Source: an uncultured Verrucomicrobiae bacterium
GTDB lineage: Bacteria > Verrucomicrobiota > Verrucomicrobiia > Limisphaerales > JAFGQR01
Direction of reading: 5' to 3'
DNA length: 64,000 bases
Assembly: GCA_963788655.1 (NCBI GenBank)
Contig: CAWBHS010000087.1
Span: 32,001 to 96,000, forward strand
Part shown: positions 32,001-43,820 of the stretch, piece by piece
Layout of the letters: each line of letters opens with the position of its first letter
Numbering within the stretch: the stretch's first letter is position 1
Notes under the pieces: generated by a model
What the model was told of the DNA's origin: nothing
The model's database searches: none
Seen by the model: the letters and a program-made list of their open reading frames with translations, nothing else
Program-made: the position numbers and the translations under genes

Positions 32001-35000
32001 CGTTTATCTCTACGACTCCGTGGTCGAGGGCGGCGCGTTGCTCGACTCGGTGACGTTCGGTGTGCAATTGACCGATCTCTCGATTGGCCGACTGATCGAC
32101 GGCTCTTGGGGCTTGACGACGCCTACCTTCGGGTCGGTCAACCACGCCGCGCCTACGAGCGATGCGTCGCCACTCAAGCTCAATGAATGGTTGGCCATCG
32201 GGCAATCGTTGTTCGCGAATGACTTCATCGAATTGTATAATCCGAACACCTTGCCGGTGAGTCTGGGCGGGCTCTATTTGAGCGATGAAACGATGGGGTG
32301 GCCCGATCGGCACGCCATTGCTCCGCTCACGTTCATTTCGGGATATGGCTACCTCCGGTTCTTGGCGGACAGCGATCCCGGGCAGGGACCGTTGCATTTG
32401 GACTTCACGCTCTCGGCGGACCAGGGCTCGATTGGCTTGTTCGATGCGAGCCTCACGCCCATCGACTTGGTCACCTACCAGGCCCAACAGCCGGATATTT
32501 CCCAAGGCCGAAGTCCAAATGGATCGAGTACCATTGTTTTCTTCACCCAACCGACCCCGGGTGGTCCCAATCCTCGCACCAGCACGGCGCCCCAGGCACA
32601 GGTTATCCCGATCCTGTCGATGGATCACGTCTGGCGCTACGACCAATCCGGGGCCGATCTGGGTACGGCCTGGCGGGAGTCTGGCTACGATGACAATTCA
32701 TGGTCTTCGGGACCGGCCTTGTTGGGTTACGAAACCACCACACTGACCGAGCCCATCCGGACGCAGCTTTCCGTGAGCAGCGCCCAACTCACTTACTACT
32801 TCCGCACGGTGTTCGTGGCACCGACGAATGGCAATCTCGTGGGATTGCAGATCACGCACTACCTCGATGACGGCGCGATCTTTTACCTCAATGGCCAGGA
32901 ATTGCTCCGCGTCAACATGCCGGCGGGGATCGTGAATTCCAGCACGCTTGCGCCCAATAGCGTGGGTGACGCGGTTATACAAGGACCGGAAGCGGTTTCG
33001 ACGACCGCGCTGCAACCGGGCAACAACGTGCTGGCGGTGGAAGTTCACCAGAGCAGCACCAGCAGTTCGGACGTGATCTTTGGCCTGTCGTTGGACGCCC
33101 TGGCCATCACCAACAGTTCCGCCGGCGGCTCCGTCGTGCTCAACGAAGTCCTGGCCGTCAATTCCAATCTGACCGAAGCCGACGGTTCCACGCCGGACTG
33201 GATTGAACTTTACAACCAGTCCGCCGGCCCCGTGGACTTGGGCGACCTGAGTCTTACGGACGATACGACCCTGCCGCGGCGCTGGGTTTTTTCGACGGGT
33301 ACCATTGTAGCGCCGGGCGGCTATTTCCGCGTTCGGTGCAACAGTAGTCAACCGGTCAGCAGCACCAACACCGGCTTCGGTCTCAAAGGCACCGGTGGCG
33401 CTGTGTATCTTTTTGACAACCTAGCCAGCGGCGGCGGGCTGCTGGATTCCATCGCATACGGCCTTCAGATTCCGGATCTGTCAGTCGGCCGCTCTCCGAA
33501 CGGCGTCGGCACAAATTGGGTGCTCGGCATTCCGTCGCCTACGGCGGCCAACCTGCCGGTCACTTCGCTGGGCAGCGCAACCGATCTTAAGATCAACGAG
33601 TGGATGGCTGCTCCGGGTTCCGGCGATGATTGGTTCGAACTGTTCAATCCTGGAACTCAACCCGTGGCGATTGGCGGATTGCATCTCACCGATGATTTGA
33701 CTGATCCGCTCAAGCAACCCATCTCCCCGCTATCTTTCATCGGCGCCGGCACGAACGCCTGGTTGCAATTTCATGCCGACGGCAACATCGGCGCCGGCGC
33801 GGACCACGTCAGCTTCGGTCTGAAAGCTGGCGGCGAAGCGCTTGGACTCTACACCGCCGACGGCGCCCAAATTGATGGTCACGTCTTTGGACCGCAATTG
33901 ACCGGTGTTTCTGAAGGCCGGTTCCCGGACGGCGCCCCTGACGTGGTCAGCTTCCCGCGCACTGATTCGCCGGGCGCGTCCAACTTCCGGTTGCTTACGT
34001 CCGTGGTGATCAATGAAGCACTCCCCCATACTGATCCGCCGCTCGAAGACGCCATCGAGTTATTCAACACCACCGACCAAGCGATTGACGTGGGCGGTTG
34101 GTGGCTCAGCGATGATCCGGGCACGATTCAAAAATATCAAATCCCCTCGCCCACCATCATTACCGCGCACGGCTATGCGGTGTTCTACCAAACCACCTTC
34201 AGCAACCGGGATGACGTGGGCACGGCCATACCGTTCTCCCTGAGTTCGAAGGGCGACGAAGTGGTGCTGTCGGCCACCGCCGGCAATGTCCTCACCGGCT
34301 ACCGGACTTCCGTGAAATACGGGGCTTCGGAAAACGGCGTGTCGTTTGGCCGCTACGTGACCAGCACCGGCGAGGAGGCATTTGTGGCCATGAGCGCGCG
34401 GTCATTGGGACAGGATGATCCGGGAACGGTGGCGGAGTTCCGATTGGGCACCGGCGCGCCCAACCCCTATCCGCGCATTGGCCCGGTGGTGATCAGCGAA
34501 ATCATGTACCATCCGCCCGATCTGGGCACCAACGACAATGTGCGCGACGAGTTCATTGAGTTGCACAACCTCACCACCGTGCCGGTGCCGCTCTATGATC
34601 CGGCCGCGCCTACCAACACGTGGCACTTGCGCGACGCGGTGGATTTCGAATTCCCCGCCGGCACGGCCATCTACCCGGGTGATTACCTACTGGTCGTCAG
34701 CTTCAATCCGGATACTGATCCTGGGGCGCTGGCGGCGTTCCGGCAAACCTACCAACTGAACGCGGGGGTGGCCATCGTGGGCCCTTACCGTGGCAAACTC
34801 GCCAACAGCACCGACGAGATTGAATTGCGCAAGCCCGACGCGCCCGACACCAATGGCGTCGCCTACATTTTGGTGGAGAGTGTGCGTTACAGCGACACCG
34901 CCCCCTGGCCGGCTCTGGCCGACGGCACCGGGTTGTCCCTCCAGCGCCTGGCCGATGCTGAATTTGGGAATGACCCAGCCAATTGGACCGCCGCCACCCC

Positions 35001-35676
35001 CACCCCCGGCCCCCAGGCCGCACCGTTGGATTCCGACGGTGATGGGTTGCCCGACTCCTGGGAGAATGCCTACGGCTTGAATCCTGCCAATCCGGCGGAT
35101 GCGAACTTCGATTCCGACGGAGACGGATTGACCAATCTCGAGGAATTTCACATTGGCACCAGCCCGCGCGACGACCAGAGCGTGCTCAAGCTGGAACTGG
35201 CCGCGTCCCCGGATCAGACTGAGCTTTCCTTCCTGGGCATCACCGGTCATTCCTACACGATTCAATTCAAGGAATCAGTGAACTCGCCCACGTGGTACAA
35301 CCTTTCCACCTCGGAAGTCACCGGTGCGAACGGAACGGTCTCGTTGTTGGATCCCAATCCCATGACACACCAACGCATCTATCGCATCATCACGCCGGCG
35401 GTGGCCAGTCTGCCCGCGGGTCCAATCATTCTCGAAAGCCCGAGTGGGCAGCAAACCAGCATTGGGGGCAGCGCCTGGTTCCAGGTTGTTGCCGTTGGCA
35501 TCGGCGAGTTGGAATACCAATGGCTGCACAACGGCGTCCCCATCGCCGGTGCCGTGAGCTCATCATTGGCATTGCCGTTGGCAACGGTTCAGGACGCCGG
35601 CGAGTATTCGGTCCAAATCACCGACACTTTGGGCACCTCCACAAGCCAAGCCGCAACGCTGATGGTCAAACCTTGA
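23040..35676 (+). CDS. Giant (~4,200 aa) secreted CotH-kinase / lamin-tail / Ig-like / beta-helix protein, split by frameshifts near 27190, 27500, 31205 and 31780
   Basis: Signal peptide; Ig-like repeats; six VTFSEPV.GV.ASDL..NG units; three WKYLDDGSDQG-type modules; seven (I/L)NE-type LTD starts; CotH LRIRGAGTR..LAHDFD; DSDGDGLPDSWE Ca-binding repeat; C-terminal Ig; domains continue across the frame junctions. Confidence 0.85.
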
Positions 35677-36136
35677 GGGTTAAGCGGGCCACCGGTAATT
35701 GGGTTTCTGAAGATTCCGGTCGGGTTGTTTAGGCGGCGCAAGTTCTCACAGGGAATTGCGTTCGACCTCGCCGATAATCGTGAGTGCTTGTCTGCTGAGA
35801 TGGTGCCTTTTGTGGCTGAATCCGGCTTTCGCGGCCTCAAAGGTTATTCACCATCGCCGCACAACCAAACAGCAGGAAATCCGTGCTGAACGATTTCGAC
35901 GGGAGGTGTGGTATCGGGCGTGTCTGGCGGCGGACGAAGAGTTAAGACGCAGATAATATGTGCCGCTTGCCAATCATTTCGAATGTTGCGGGACAGACGT
36001 GCCAATTGTCTCACCGCAACGACACGAGGCGCAAAAATTTTCAGCCTCAGACTTTGACTCTTCTTCTCATTGCGGTGAAATCGCCAGGTTCGCAATTTTC
36101 ACGGCAGTCCTCGATTCTCAGCCGGAAGACCTGCGC

Positions 36137-37765
36137 TTATTCCCGAAAAGCATAGCAGTGTTTTTTCGTTCTGACGTAGAGCGCGTCGTCCACGATCGCC
36201 GGCGTGGCCAGCACTTCTTCGCCAAGTTTATTGCGGGCCAGGACTTCCAGCGTGTCGCCGCTGCGGATCACCACGGCCATGCCCTGCTGCGAAATGACGC
36301 AGATCTTCCCGCCGTCGGCGACCGGGGAAGCGTAGTAGTTCCCCAATGCTCCCAGGCGTTCTTCCCGATAAAACACATGCCCGGTTCTCGCCTCCAGGCA
36401 GGTGAGCATGCCGCCATTTTTCACCAGGTAAACGCGACCATCGTAATTGAGCGGGGAAGGCACGTAGGGCAACCCGCGAGTCTGCTTCCAGACCACATGA
36501 GTTTGCGTGACGTTGCCATGACCGTCGGGCCGCACCGCAAACGCGACGTTTTGGGATTGTTGGAAAATCGCCGCAATCGACTCCCATTCGACGCGAGAGA
36601 TCGCTTCGTCCTTGTCGGCATCAATGTATTGAAAATGCTGGCGCGCCGGACCGGACGTGGCTTCGCCGCGGGCAATCTTGTCGTCATGGTTGGCATCCGA
36701 TTGAGCGAGCAAATTGTCATAGGACGGCAACCTTCCCGGTCCCGACCCGTACGTCCAGCCAGCGGCATAAACCAGGTCACCGTCCGTTATCGGAGAGGAC
36801 ACCATTTCGTTGGGCAAGCCGCTGACGCTCCAGCGTTCGCTTCCATCCTTTAAGTTGTAGGCCATGAGCCGCAACGTGCCAGTGGCGATGACCATCTCGG
36901 GAGCGGCGGGCGGGTAGGCCAGGGGAGTGGAGAAGCTCCGACGGAACGCGGTGCGATCAGCTTTCCAGACGGTGTTGCCCGTGTGCTTGTCCACCGCCAG
37001 CAAATAGGAGCCCACGTCCTGGTCGCACAACAACAATGCCAAACCGCCGGCCAGGATCGGGGATGTGCCGGCGCCGTGCTGCGTGATAGGGATCGGGAGT
37101 GGCTTACGCCAAAGTTCCTGGCCCTCGAGCTGGTAAGCGGCCAAGCCATACGAGCCAAAATAGACGCAAACGATTTGCCCGTCGGTGGCTGGAGTGGAAT
37201 TGGCCAGGCTGCCCAAGCCGGAGTTGGATTCGGTTTTCTCAGGACTCAGTTCCCGTTGCCACAAAATCGCGCCGGTGCGCCGGTCCAGGCAAAGCGTCAG
37301 CAATTTGCCAGCAGCGGAACCGGTCAGGAAAATACGGTTCTCCCATACACACGGCGAGCCGTTGCCGGAAGGCAGGACCGTTTTCCAAACGACGTTCGAA
37401 TCGGGGCCGAACTGCGTGGGGAAACGGCTGTTATCAGCGATACCGGAACCGTGTGGCCCGCGAAATTGCGGCCACCAGGCCGGGGCGCTCCCAGCGACGT
37501 TTTGGCCAAACGCAATCAACAGAAGGACGCACAGACAATGTCCAACTGCAGAGGAAATGGCGCGTCGGAATGCCCACCGCCTGGAGGTTTCGAAGCCACT
37601 GTAGCCGCCGACGTGAGGCGGCGGAATCGAGGCGCCATGCCCGTGCTCCGCCTTCTCACGTCGGCGGCCACCACTACGCGATATTTTAGGCGGGGCGGGA
37701 AACGTCCGGGCGAGCATGTGCGCGGAATTCTTATGCACAAATGTCGTTCGCTTTTCGCCCCTCAT
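36137..37765 (-). CDS. PQQ-binding-like beta-propeller protein with EF-hand pair (start uncertain)
   Basis: WPQFRGPHGSG, STPATDG, PYVPSPL, YYASPV, ATPAI; DANHDDKIARGE and DADKDEAISRVEW. Confidence 0.85.
   Translation of the reverse strand: MRGEKRTTFVHKNSAHMLARTFPAPPKISRSGGRRREKAEHGHGASIPPPHVGGYSGFETSRRWAFRRAISSAVGHCLCVLLLIAFGQNVAGSAPAWWPQFRGPHGSGIADNSRFPTQFGPDSNVVWKTVLPSGNGSPCVWENRIFLTGSAAGKLLTLCLDRRTGAILWQRELSPEKTESNSGLGSLANSTPATDGQIVCVYFGSYGLAAYQLEGQELWRKPLPIPITQHGAGTSPILAGGLALLLCDQDVGSYLLAVDKHTGNTVWKADRTAFRRSFSTPLAYPPAAPEMVIATGTLRLMAYNLKDGSERWSVSGLPNEMVSSPITDGDLVYAAGWTYGSGPGRLPSYDNLLAQSDANHDDKIARGEATSGPARQHFQYIDADKDEAISRVEWESIAAIFQQSQNVAFAVRPDGHGNVTQTHVVWKQTRGLPYVPSPLNYDGRVYLVKNGGMLTCLEARTGHVFYREERLGALGNYYASPVADGGKICVISQQGMAVVIRSGDTLEVLARNKLGEEVLATPAIVDDALYVRTKKHCYAFRE
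37601..37671. repeat. Inverted REP doublet (GTAGCCGCCGACGTGAGG family; also at ~41171-41195 and 57296-57381)
   Basis: GTAGCCGCCGACGTGAGGCGGCGGA ... TCCGCCTTCTCACGTCGGCGGCCAC. Confidence 0.75.
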
Positions 37766-37819
37766 GGTTGCTGGTGGTGAATGGTGGTGGTAACGAATGT
37801 CCTGTTCTGCGGTCCAGGG

Positions 37820-38791
37820 TCAGCCAAAACTCAGACCCAGATTTTTGCCGGTTTCCAAGATGTAGCTGGCCGCCTGATCATACGCATCAGCGGAGGGCAG
37901 ATGTTCAAGCATGAGCGGCGGCGGATTGGGTAGCGCGGCCAGGCGTTTCAAGTAAGTCGCGTAGTCAATGGAGCCGGTGCCCGGGCGGACCTCGCGGAAG
38001 TGGACATTCATTTCCACGTCCCAGGTCAGGTCTTTGGCGTGACAACTGACAATCCACTGGCCGAGCTTGTCGAAGCATTCATTGAGCAGGTCGGTGTTCC
38101 GATAGAACTTTTCCGGTGAATTCACCAGATTACAGGGATCCAGGTGTACGCCAAACGCGGGCCGGTCCACAGCCTTGATCATTTGCCGGTAGCGATCCGG
38201 ACTTTCGGGCATGGCCCAGCCCATCATTTCGTAGCAGAACTTGGCGCGTTTCGGTTTCACGGCGTCGATGATCTTGCGGGCATTCTCGACCGCGCCATCA
38301 AAGAAAGCCGGGGAGAAATTCTTTGGATCCGGGCCAAACCAGGATTGGGGATTGAACGAGCCGGCAATGTCCACACAGCAAAGCGCGCCGATGGCGTCGG
38401 CCAGCGCGAGGCCGTCGGTCACATTGTTCAAATTCGCTTTTCGCTTGTCCGCGTCCGGGTCCAGCAGATTGCACCACCGACCCACTTCGGACAGGACGAC
38501 GTCTTCCTTCTTAAACGCGCTGGCAATGGCCTTGATCCGATCCGCTTCGTGCAAACCCACATTGGGGCAATAAGCCGCACGGTAGCCTTTTTGGCGATGC
38601 CATTGAGCCAAGGCTTCCGGATCGTTGGCGCTGGTGAATGCCGGTCCGCCGAGACGGAGCGGGTGGACGGAAGCCTGGTTGATTGGTTGGGCCGCCTGGA
38701 GCAGGGAGCGCGGTCGCAGCAGACTGGCGGTTGCGGCCAATGCCAAAGAGTTTCTCAAGAAATGCCGGCGATTGGATGTGCGGGTGTTCAT
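37820..38791 (-). CDS. Tat-exported sugar phosphate isomerase/epimerase (xylose-isomerase-like TIM barrel)
   Basis: NRRHFLR; YEMM, VHLDPCN, CHAKD, LMLEH metal-binding motifs. Confidence 0.85.
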   Translation of the reverse strand: MNTRTSNRRHFLRNSLALAATASLLRPRSLLQAAQPINQASVHPLRLGGPAFTSANDPEALAQWHRQKGYRAAYCPNVGLHEADRIKAIASAFKKEDVVLSEVGRWCNLLDPDADKRKANLNNVTDGLALADAIGALCCVDIAGSFNPQSWFGPDPKNFSPAFFDGAVENARKIIDAVKPKRAKFCYEMMGWAMPESPDRYRQMIKAVDRPAFGVHLDPCNLVNSPEKFYRNTDLLNECFDKLGQWIVSCHAKDLTWDVEMNVHFREVRPGTGSIDYATYLKRLAALPNPPPLMLEHLPSADAYDQAASYILETGKNLGLSFG

Positions 38792-38839
38792 GGCTACTTT
38801 GAAACCGGTTTTGGGAATTCTGGCAAGCAAACATTCGAT

Positions 38840-39315
38840 AATGACCAATGCCCAATGATCCAATGGCCAGAGAACGACCAAGCCCCACTGCCCATCCCGG
38901 CTGCTGACCAAGCACGATCTGGCTGGCAATTGGCTTTGGGAATTGGTCATTCTGCGGGTGCCTGTTCACTGGCGCGATTTGCCGGCCTCCGTTTCTGCCG
39001 GCAGGATGCTGCGACAACGTGCTGCCGGCGTCCCGCCGGCAGAACCGATTGCAGGCACAGCCATCGAATCTCGCACCGCCGGCTCGCTGGCAATGGGCGT
39101 TGGTCCTTGGTCGATCTCTGGTCATTGGATCATTGAACATTGGTTATTTATTTGTAACCTCCGCTCCAAATCTGCCGGCAGGATGCCGGCAGCACACTGG
39201 TAATGTGCTGCCCGTCCCGCTGGCCGTTTGGCAAGGACTATTCGAAGATCAGCCCTCTAAAACATTTGGGTGTGACATCAGCGTCCGTTTCTGCCGGCGG
39301 GACGCCGGCAGCACG
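38840..39315. repeat. Composite repeat region: inverted AATGACC-heptamer arms plus several TGCCGGCAGGATGCCGGCAGCAC REPs
   Basis: 38840-38893 is the reverse complement of 39096-39149 with scattered mismatches; REP copies at ~38995, 39020, 39171 and 39291, also 22657. Confidence 0.75.
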
Positions 39316-39370
39316 TTGATGCACGCTGGTATTGACAAGCGTCCGGCAATCTGGTCTAACCACGCCATCC

Positions 39371-40792
39371 ATGAAACATGTCAGTGGTTCCAGATGGCGA
39401 CCTCACACGCTGTTCATCCTCATTGGCCTTGTTCTTCTGACGGGCGTGCTCTTGCCGGCAGGAGCGGCTACGATGGAGGAACGAATGGCGATCCTGGAGT
39501 CGGCCGCGAAGGCCGGATCGTCCATCAGTGCGGGCGACAACGCCTGGCTGCTGGTCAGTTCCGCGCTGGTGCTGATGATGACCGCGCCGGGGTTGATTCT
39601 GTTTTATGGCGGCCTGGTGCGCAGCAAGAACGTGCTCTCCACGATGATGCACAGCCTGATTTTGATGGGCGTGGTGTCGCTGCTTTGGATGGTGTACGGC
39701 TACAGCATGGCGTTTGGCGAAGGGAACGCGTTCTTCGGAAATCCGTTCCAATATTTCATGCTGCACGGCGTGGGGCTCGAACCGAATCCGGACTACGCCG
39801 GCACCGATTCCGCAGCAGAGCTTCATGCTGTTTCAAATGATGTTCGCCATCATCACTCCCGCGCTGATCAGCGGCGCCATCGCGGAGCGCATGAAGTTCA
39901 GCGCTTATTTGCTGTTCATGGTGCTGTGGGTGACGATCGTTTATTTTCCGTTGTGCCACATGGTGTGGGGCAAGGGCGGCTGTTTAACTGGGCCTCGGGC
40001 GGGAAGCCTTCCCGTGCTGGATTTCGCCGGCGGCACGGTGGTGCATATCAGTTCCGGCGTTTCGGCGCTCGTTTGCGCGATGGTGTTGGGCAGGCGCGCT
40101 GGGATTTCCGCATGGAGCCGATGATGCCGCACAACGTGGTGCTGAGTTTGATCGGCACCGGTTTGCTGTGGGTGGGCTGGTTCGGCTTCAACGCGGGCAG
40201 CGCCTTGGGCGCCGGGGCGCTGGCCACCAGCGCGTTTGCCGCCACGCACTTCTCAGCCGCTGCGGCCGCTTTGGGTTGGGCGGGAATGGAATGGTTGCTC
40301 AAAGGCAAACCCAGCGTGCTGGGTGCTGCCTCGGGGATGGTGGCGGGTCTGGCAACCATCACGCCGGCTTCCGGTTTTGTCACCATTCCGGCGGCGCTGC
40401 TGCATTGGATTGACCGGGGGCGTTGTCTGTTATCTGGCGGTGACCAAACTGAAAAGTGCGTTGCGTTACGATGATTCGCTCGACGTATTCGGGGTCCACG
40501 GCGTTGGCAGTACGGTCGGCATGTTATGCTGGGAGTGTTGGCCAGTGCGACGGTTAATCCCGCCATTGCCGACACCTTCAAAATGGGGACCAACACGGTT
40601 TCGCTGGCCGGTAGTGCGGGCCAGTTTTTCAACCAGGTGGTGGGCGTGCTGTTCACCGCCGGTTTCGCGGCCGTGGCGACGATCGTTATCCTCTACCTCG
40701 TCAAAGCTCTGGTCGGCCTGCGGGTGTCGAATGAGGACGAAGATACCGGGTTGGATTTGACGCAGCACGGCGAAAGCGCCTACAACGATTGA
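39371..40792 (+). CDS. amtB: Ammonium transporter (several frameshifts)
   Basis: [82 protein letters not shown]. Confidence 0.95.
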
Positions 40793-40807
40793 CGCGAACA
40801 GAATTAA

Positions 40808-41152
<345 letters not shown>

Positions 41153-41508
41153 TTGGGAGATTTCCTTGCCGTAGCCGCCGACGTAAGGAGGCGGACCCAA
41201 AGCACCCCGACCGCGTTCCGCAGTCTATCGGCAAGTAAACAGGGGGCGAAATATCCGGGTCAAGTCCCCACGAACGCTGTTGATTTCGTCGCTTGGTTCC
41301 CAGTAGTAGCGGCTGGTTTGGAGGTGTCCAATTCGAAGCCCGTGGCCCTGGTGAGTTCATTGGCTTCGGTTTCGCCCGCTTGTTCATTATCGCCTTCCAC
41401 CCCGACCGGCCAGTTATCGGCCTTCGGCGTTCGGTCTTTGTTTTGGCTTTGGGATTGCCACTCCCGCTGGCGCGGCCTACTTTGCGGCAAAACTCGTCGC
41501 GGCCCATT

Positions 41509-43566
41509 ATGTATTTCGGCGTCGATTATTATCCTGAACATTGGGTTTACCCGTTGGGGGGCACCCCGGAGCAACCGGAAGCCCGCTGGCAGAGTGACGT
41601 GGAATTGATGGCCGAAGTCGGGGTCAATGTCGTCCGGATGGGCGAATTTGCCTGGGGGCTGTACGAACCGGAGGAGGGCCAATACGATTTCGATTGGATG
41701 CGCCGGGCCATGGACTTGTGCGGGCAGGCCAAGATCAAAGTCGTTCTCGGCACGCCCACCGCTGCGCCGCCAATCTGGCTCGCCCGCCAGCATCCGGAAA
41801 TTCTGCCCCTCGACGAACACGGCCATCAGCGCAGTGAGGGCACCCGCCGGGCCTATTGCGTGAACAGCGACGTGTACTGGGATTATTCTCAACGCATCAT
41901 TCGGGCGCTGGTCGGCGCCCTGGGTGATCACCCGCAACTGATTGCCTGGCAAATCGACAATGGGCTGGGCGCGTACGATACTGCCGCGTCGTTCAACGAG
42001 GAAACCCGGCGGGATTGGCACGCCTGGCTGCAGGCCAAATATCAAACCGTGGCGCGCCTGAATGACCTGATGGGAAACCGTTTTTGGGCGCAGACCGTTA
42101 CCCAATGGGAGCACGTGCCGATGCCCCGAACCACGACGGCGCCGCACAATCCGGCGTTGATTGTGGACTGGATGCGCTTTTGCAGTGACACGCTGGTGGC
42201 CTACGCGCGCATGCAGGCTGAGCTGCTGCACGAACTCACGCCCAACCTGCCGGTGACCCACAACATGCGCGCGCTTAGTAGCAACTACGATTACTTTGAT
42301 CTGGCCGAAGTGCTGGATTTCGTGGCGGTGGACAGCAATGCCACGATCAAGGAGCGTTCCGCGGAACTGGCCTGCGAAATTGACCTGATGCGTTCACTGA
42401 AGAAGAGCGATATCCGCAGTCCCGACGGGGAGGCGGGTTTCTGGATTATCGAACAAAAAGCCGGGCATGTCGATTGGCAGGAGGTCAACTCCCTGGTGCG
42501 GCCCGGCGTGGTGCGGTTGTTCACGTATCAACTGGTTTCGCGCGGGGCGACGGGCGTGTTGTATTTCCTGTGGCGGCAACCGCGAATTGGCGCCGAGAAA
42601 TTCTACGGCGGCGTCCTGAACCATGATGGCCGGGCCGACAACCGGGTCTTCCAGGAAATTAAACAAATTGGTCAGGAATTGGCTTTGCTCACGCCGGCCC
42701 TCAAAGGCACCCGGGTGGCGGCGGACACGTGCATTGTTTACAGCCACGAAAACGAGTGGAGCCTGAAATACACGCGCCAGCCGAACGAGCACTTCGACTA
42801 TCGCCGGCACCTGCAACTGTTCTACAACGCGCTGCACGACCGCAATATCCCGGTGGATTTCGCGCGGCCCACGGAAGACTTGTCGAAATACAAGCTGGTG
42901 TTCGCGCCCTCGCTGCAATTGCTGGCGGGCGGTGAGGCGGATTTGCTCAAGCTTTATGTCCACAACGGCGGCACACTTGTGGGCACGTTCAATACGGGAC
43001 TGGTGGACGAACATCACATCGCGCCGGACACCGGTTTTCCCCACGATCTGACCGACCTCTTTGGCCTGGAGGTACTCGAGTTTGACGCGCTGCCGCCAGG
43101 CCAGGAGAATCATCTGACGTTCAAAGGCACGTTTCCCGCCACGCACTTGCATCCCGCGCAGGTTTGGTGCGACATCATCGAACCCCAAGGTTGCCAGGTG
43201 GTCGCCACGTATGCCGAAGACTTTTACTCGGGGCGGCCGGCGATGACCATCAATGAGTTCGGCGACGGCAAAGCCATTTACCTCGGGACCATGAGCCACC
43301 AGCATTTCTATTACGACCTGGTGGTGTGGCTTCGGCAGATGTGCAATTTGCACCCGCTGATCAAAGTGCCGGATACCATCGAGGTGAGCCTGCGACAAAA
43401 GGAGGACCGGAAAATATTCTTCCTGTTGAATCACCAAAACTCGCCCGTCCGAATCACCTTTTACAAACCGATGCACGATTTTCTGACGGGCCAGACCTTC
43501 ACGGGCAATTACGATCTACCGCCGCACGGCGTGCTGGTATTGGATGAAACCACGGCGAAAGCGTGA
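41509..43566 (+). CDS. GH42 beta-galactosidase-like protein with a substituted acid/base residue
   Basis: YFGVDYYPEHW, VRMGEFAW, LGTPTAAPPIWL, EKFYGGVL, trimerisation domain; WQIDNG in place of WQIDNE. Confidence 0.88.
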   Translation: MYFGVDYYPEHWVYPLGGTPEQPEARWQSDVELMAEVGVNVVRMGEFAWGLYEPEEGQYDFDWMRRAMDLCGQAKIKVVLGTPTAAPPIWLARQHPEILPLDEHGHQRSEGTRRAYCVNSDVYWDYSQRIIRALVGALGDHPQLIAWQIDNGLGAYDTAASFNEETRRDWHAWLQAKYQTVARLNDLMGNRFWAQTVTQWEHVPMPRTTTAPHNPALIVDWMRFCSDTLVAYARMQAELLHELTPNLPVTHNMRALSSNYDYFDLAEVLDFVAVDSNATIKERSAELACEIDLMRSLKKSDIRSPDGEAGFWIIEQKAGHVDWQEVNSLVRPGVVRLFTYQLVSRGATGVLYFLWRQPRIGAEKFYGGVLNHDGRADNRVFQEIKQIGQELALLTPALKGTRVAADTCIVYSHENEWSLKYTRQPNEHFDYRRHLQLFYNALHDRNIPVDFARPTEDLSKYKLVFAPSLQLLAGGEADLLKLYVHNGGTLVGTFNTGLVDEHHIAPDTGFPHDLTDLFGLEVLEFDALPPGQENHLTFKGTFPATHLHPAQVWCDIIEPQGCQVVATYAEDFYSGRPAMTINEFGDGKAIYLGTMSHQHFYYDLVVWLRQMCNLHPLIKVPDTIEVSLRQKEDRKIFFLLNHQNSPVRITFYKPMHDFLTGQTFTGNYDLPPHGVLVLDETTAKA

Positions 43567-43820
43567 GCTGCAATGGACCGGGGAGCGCGACGGCAAAGTT
43601 ATTGAGTGAACCGGTGCGACGCTCGAAGGCTGATTGGCGAGGCGCCAACCGCAGCACCCGGGGCGGGCGCACTCCCCTTCCAGCCACCGCAGCCTCAACT
43701 TTCAAACGGGAGGTTCCGTTCTTGCGCGCGCGCCGGTTCTGGCGCTTAATGCTGGCGGAACGCAACCAAGCACCAAAGCACGATCGAGACAGGCATCCAA
43801 AACGGACCACTGCAACCAAC

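Noticed and set aside
23811..35265. Long antisense ORFs opposite the giant gene (similar shadow ORFs occur throughout)
   Set aside because: Expected by-product of GC-rich codon bias; no recognisable motifs
39332..39360. Sigma-70 promoter of amtB (TTGACA-N17-TCTAAC)
   Set aside because: Perfect -35 but weak -10; plausible but not supportable
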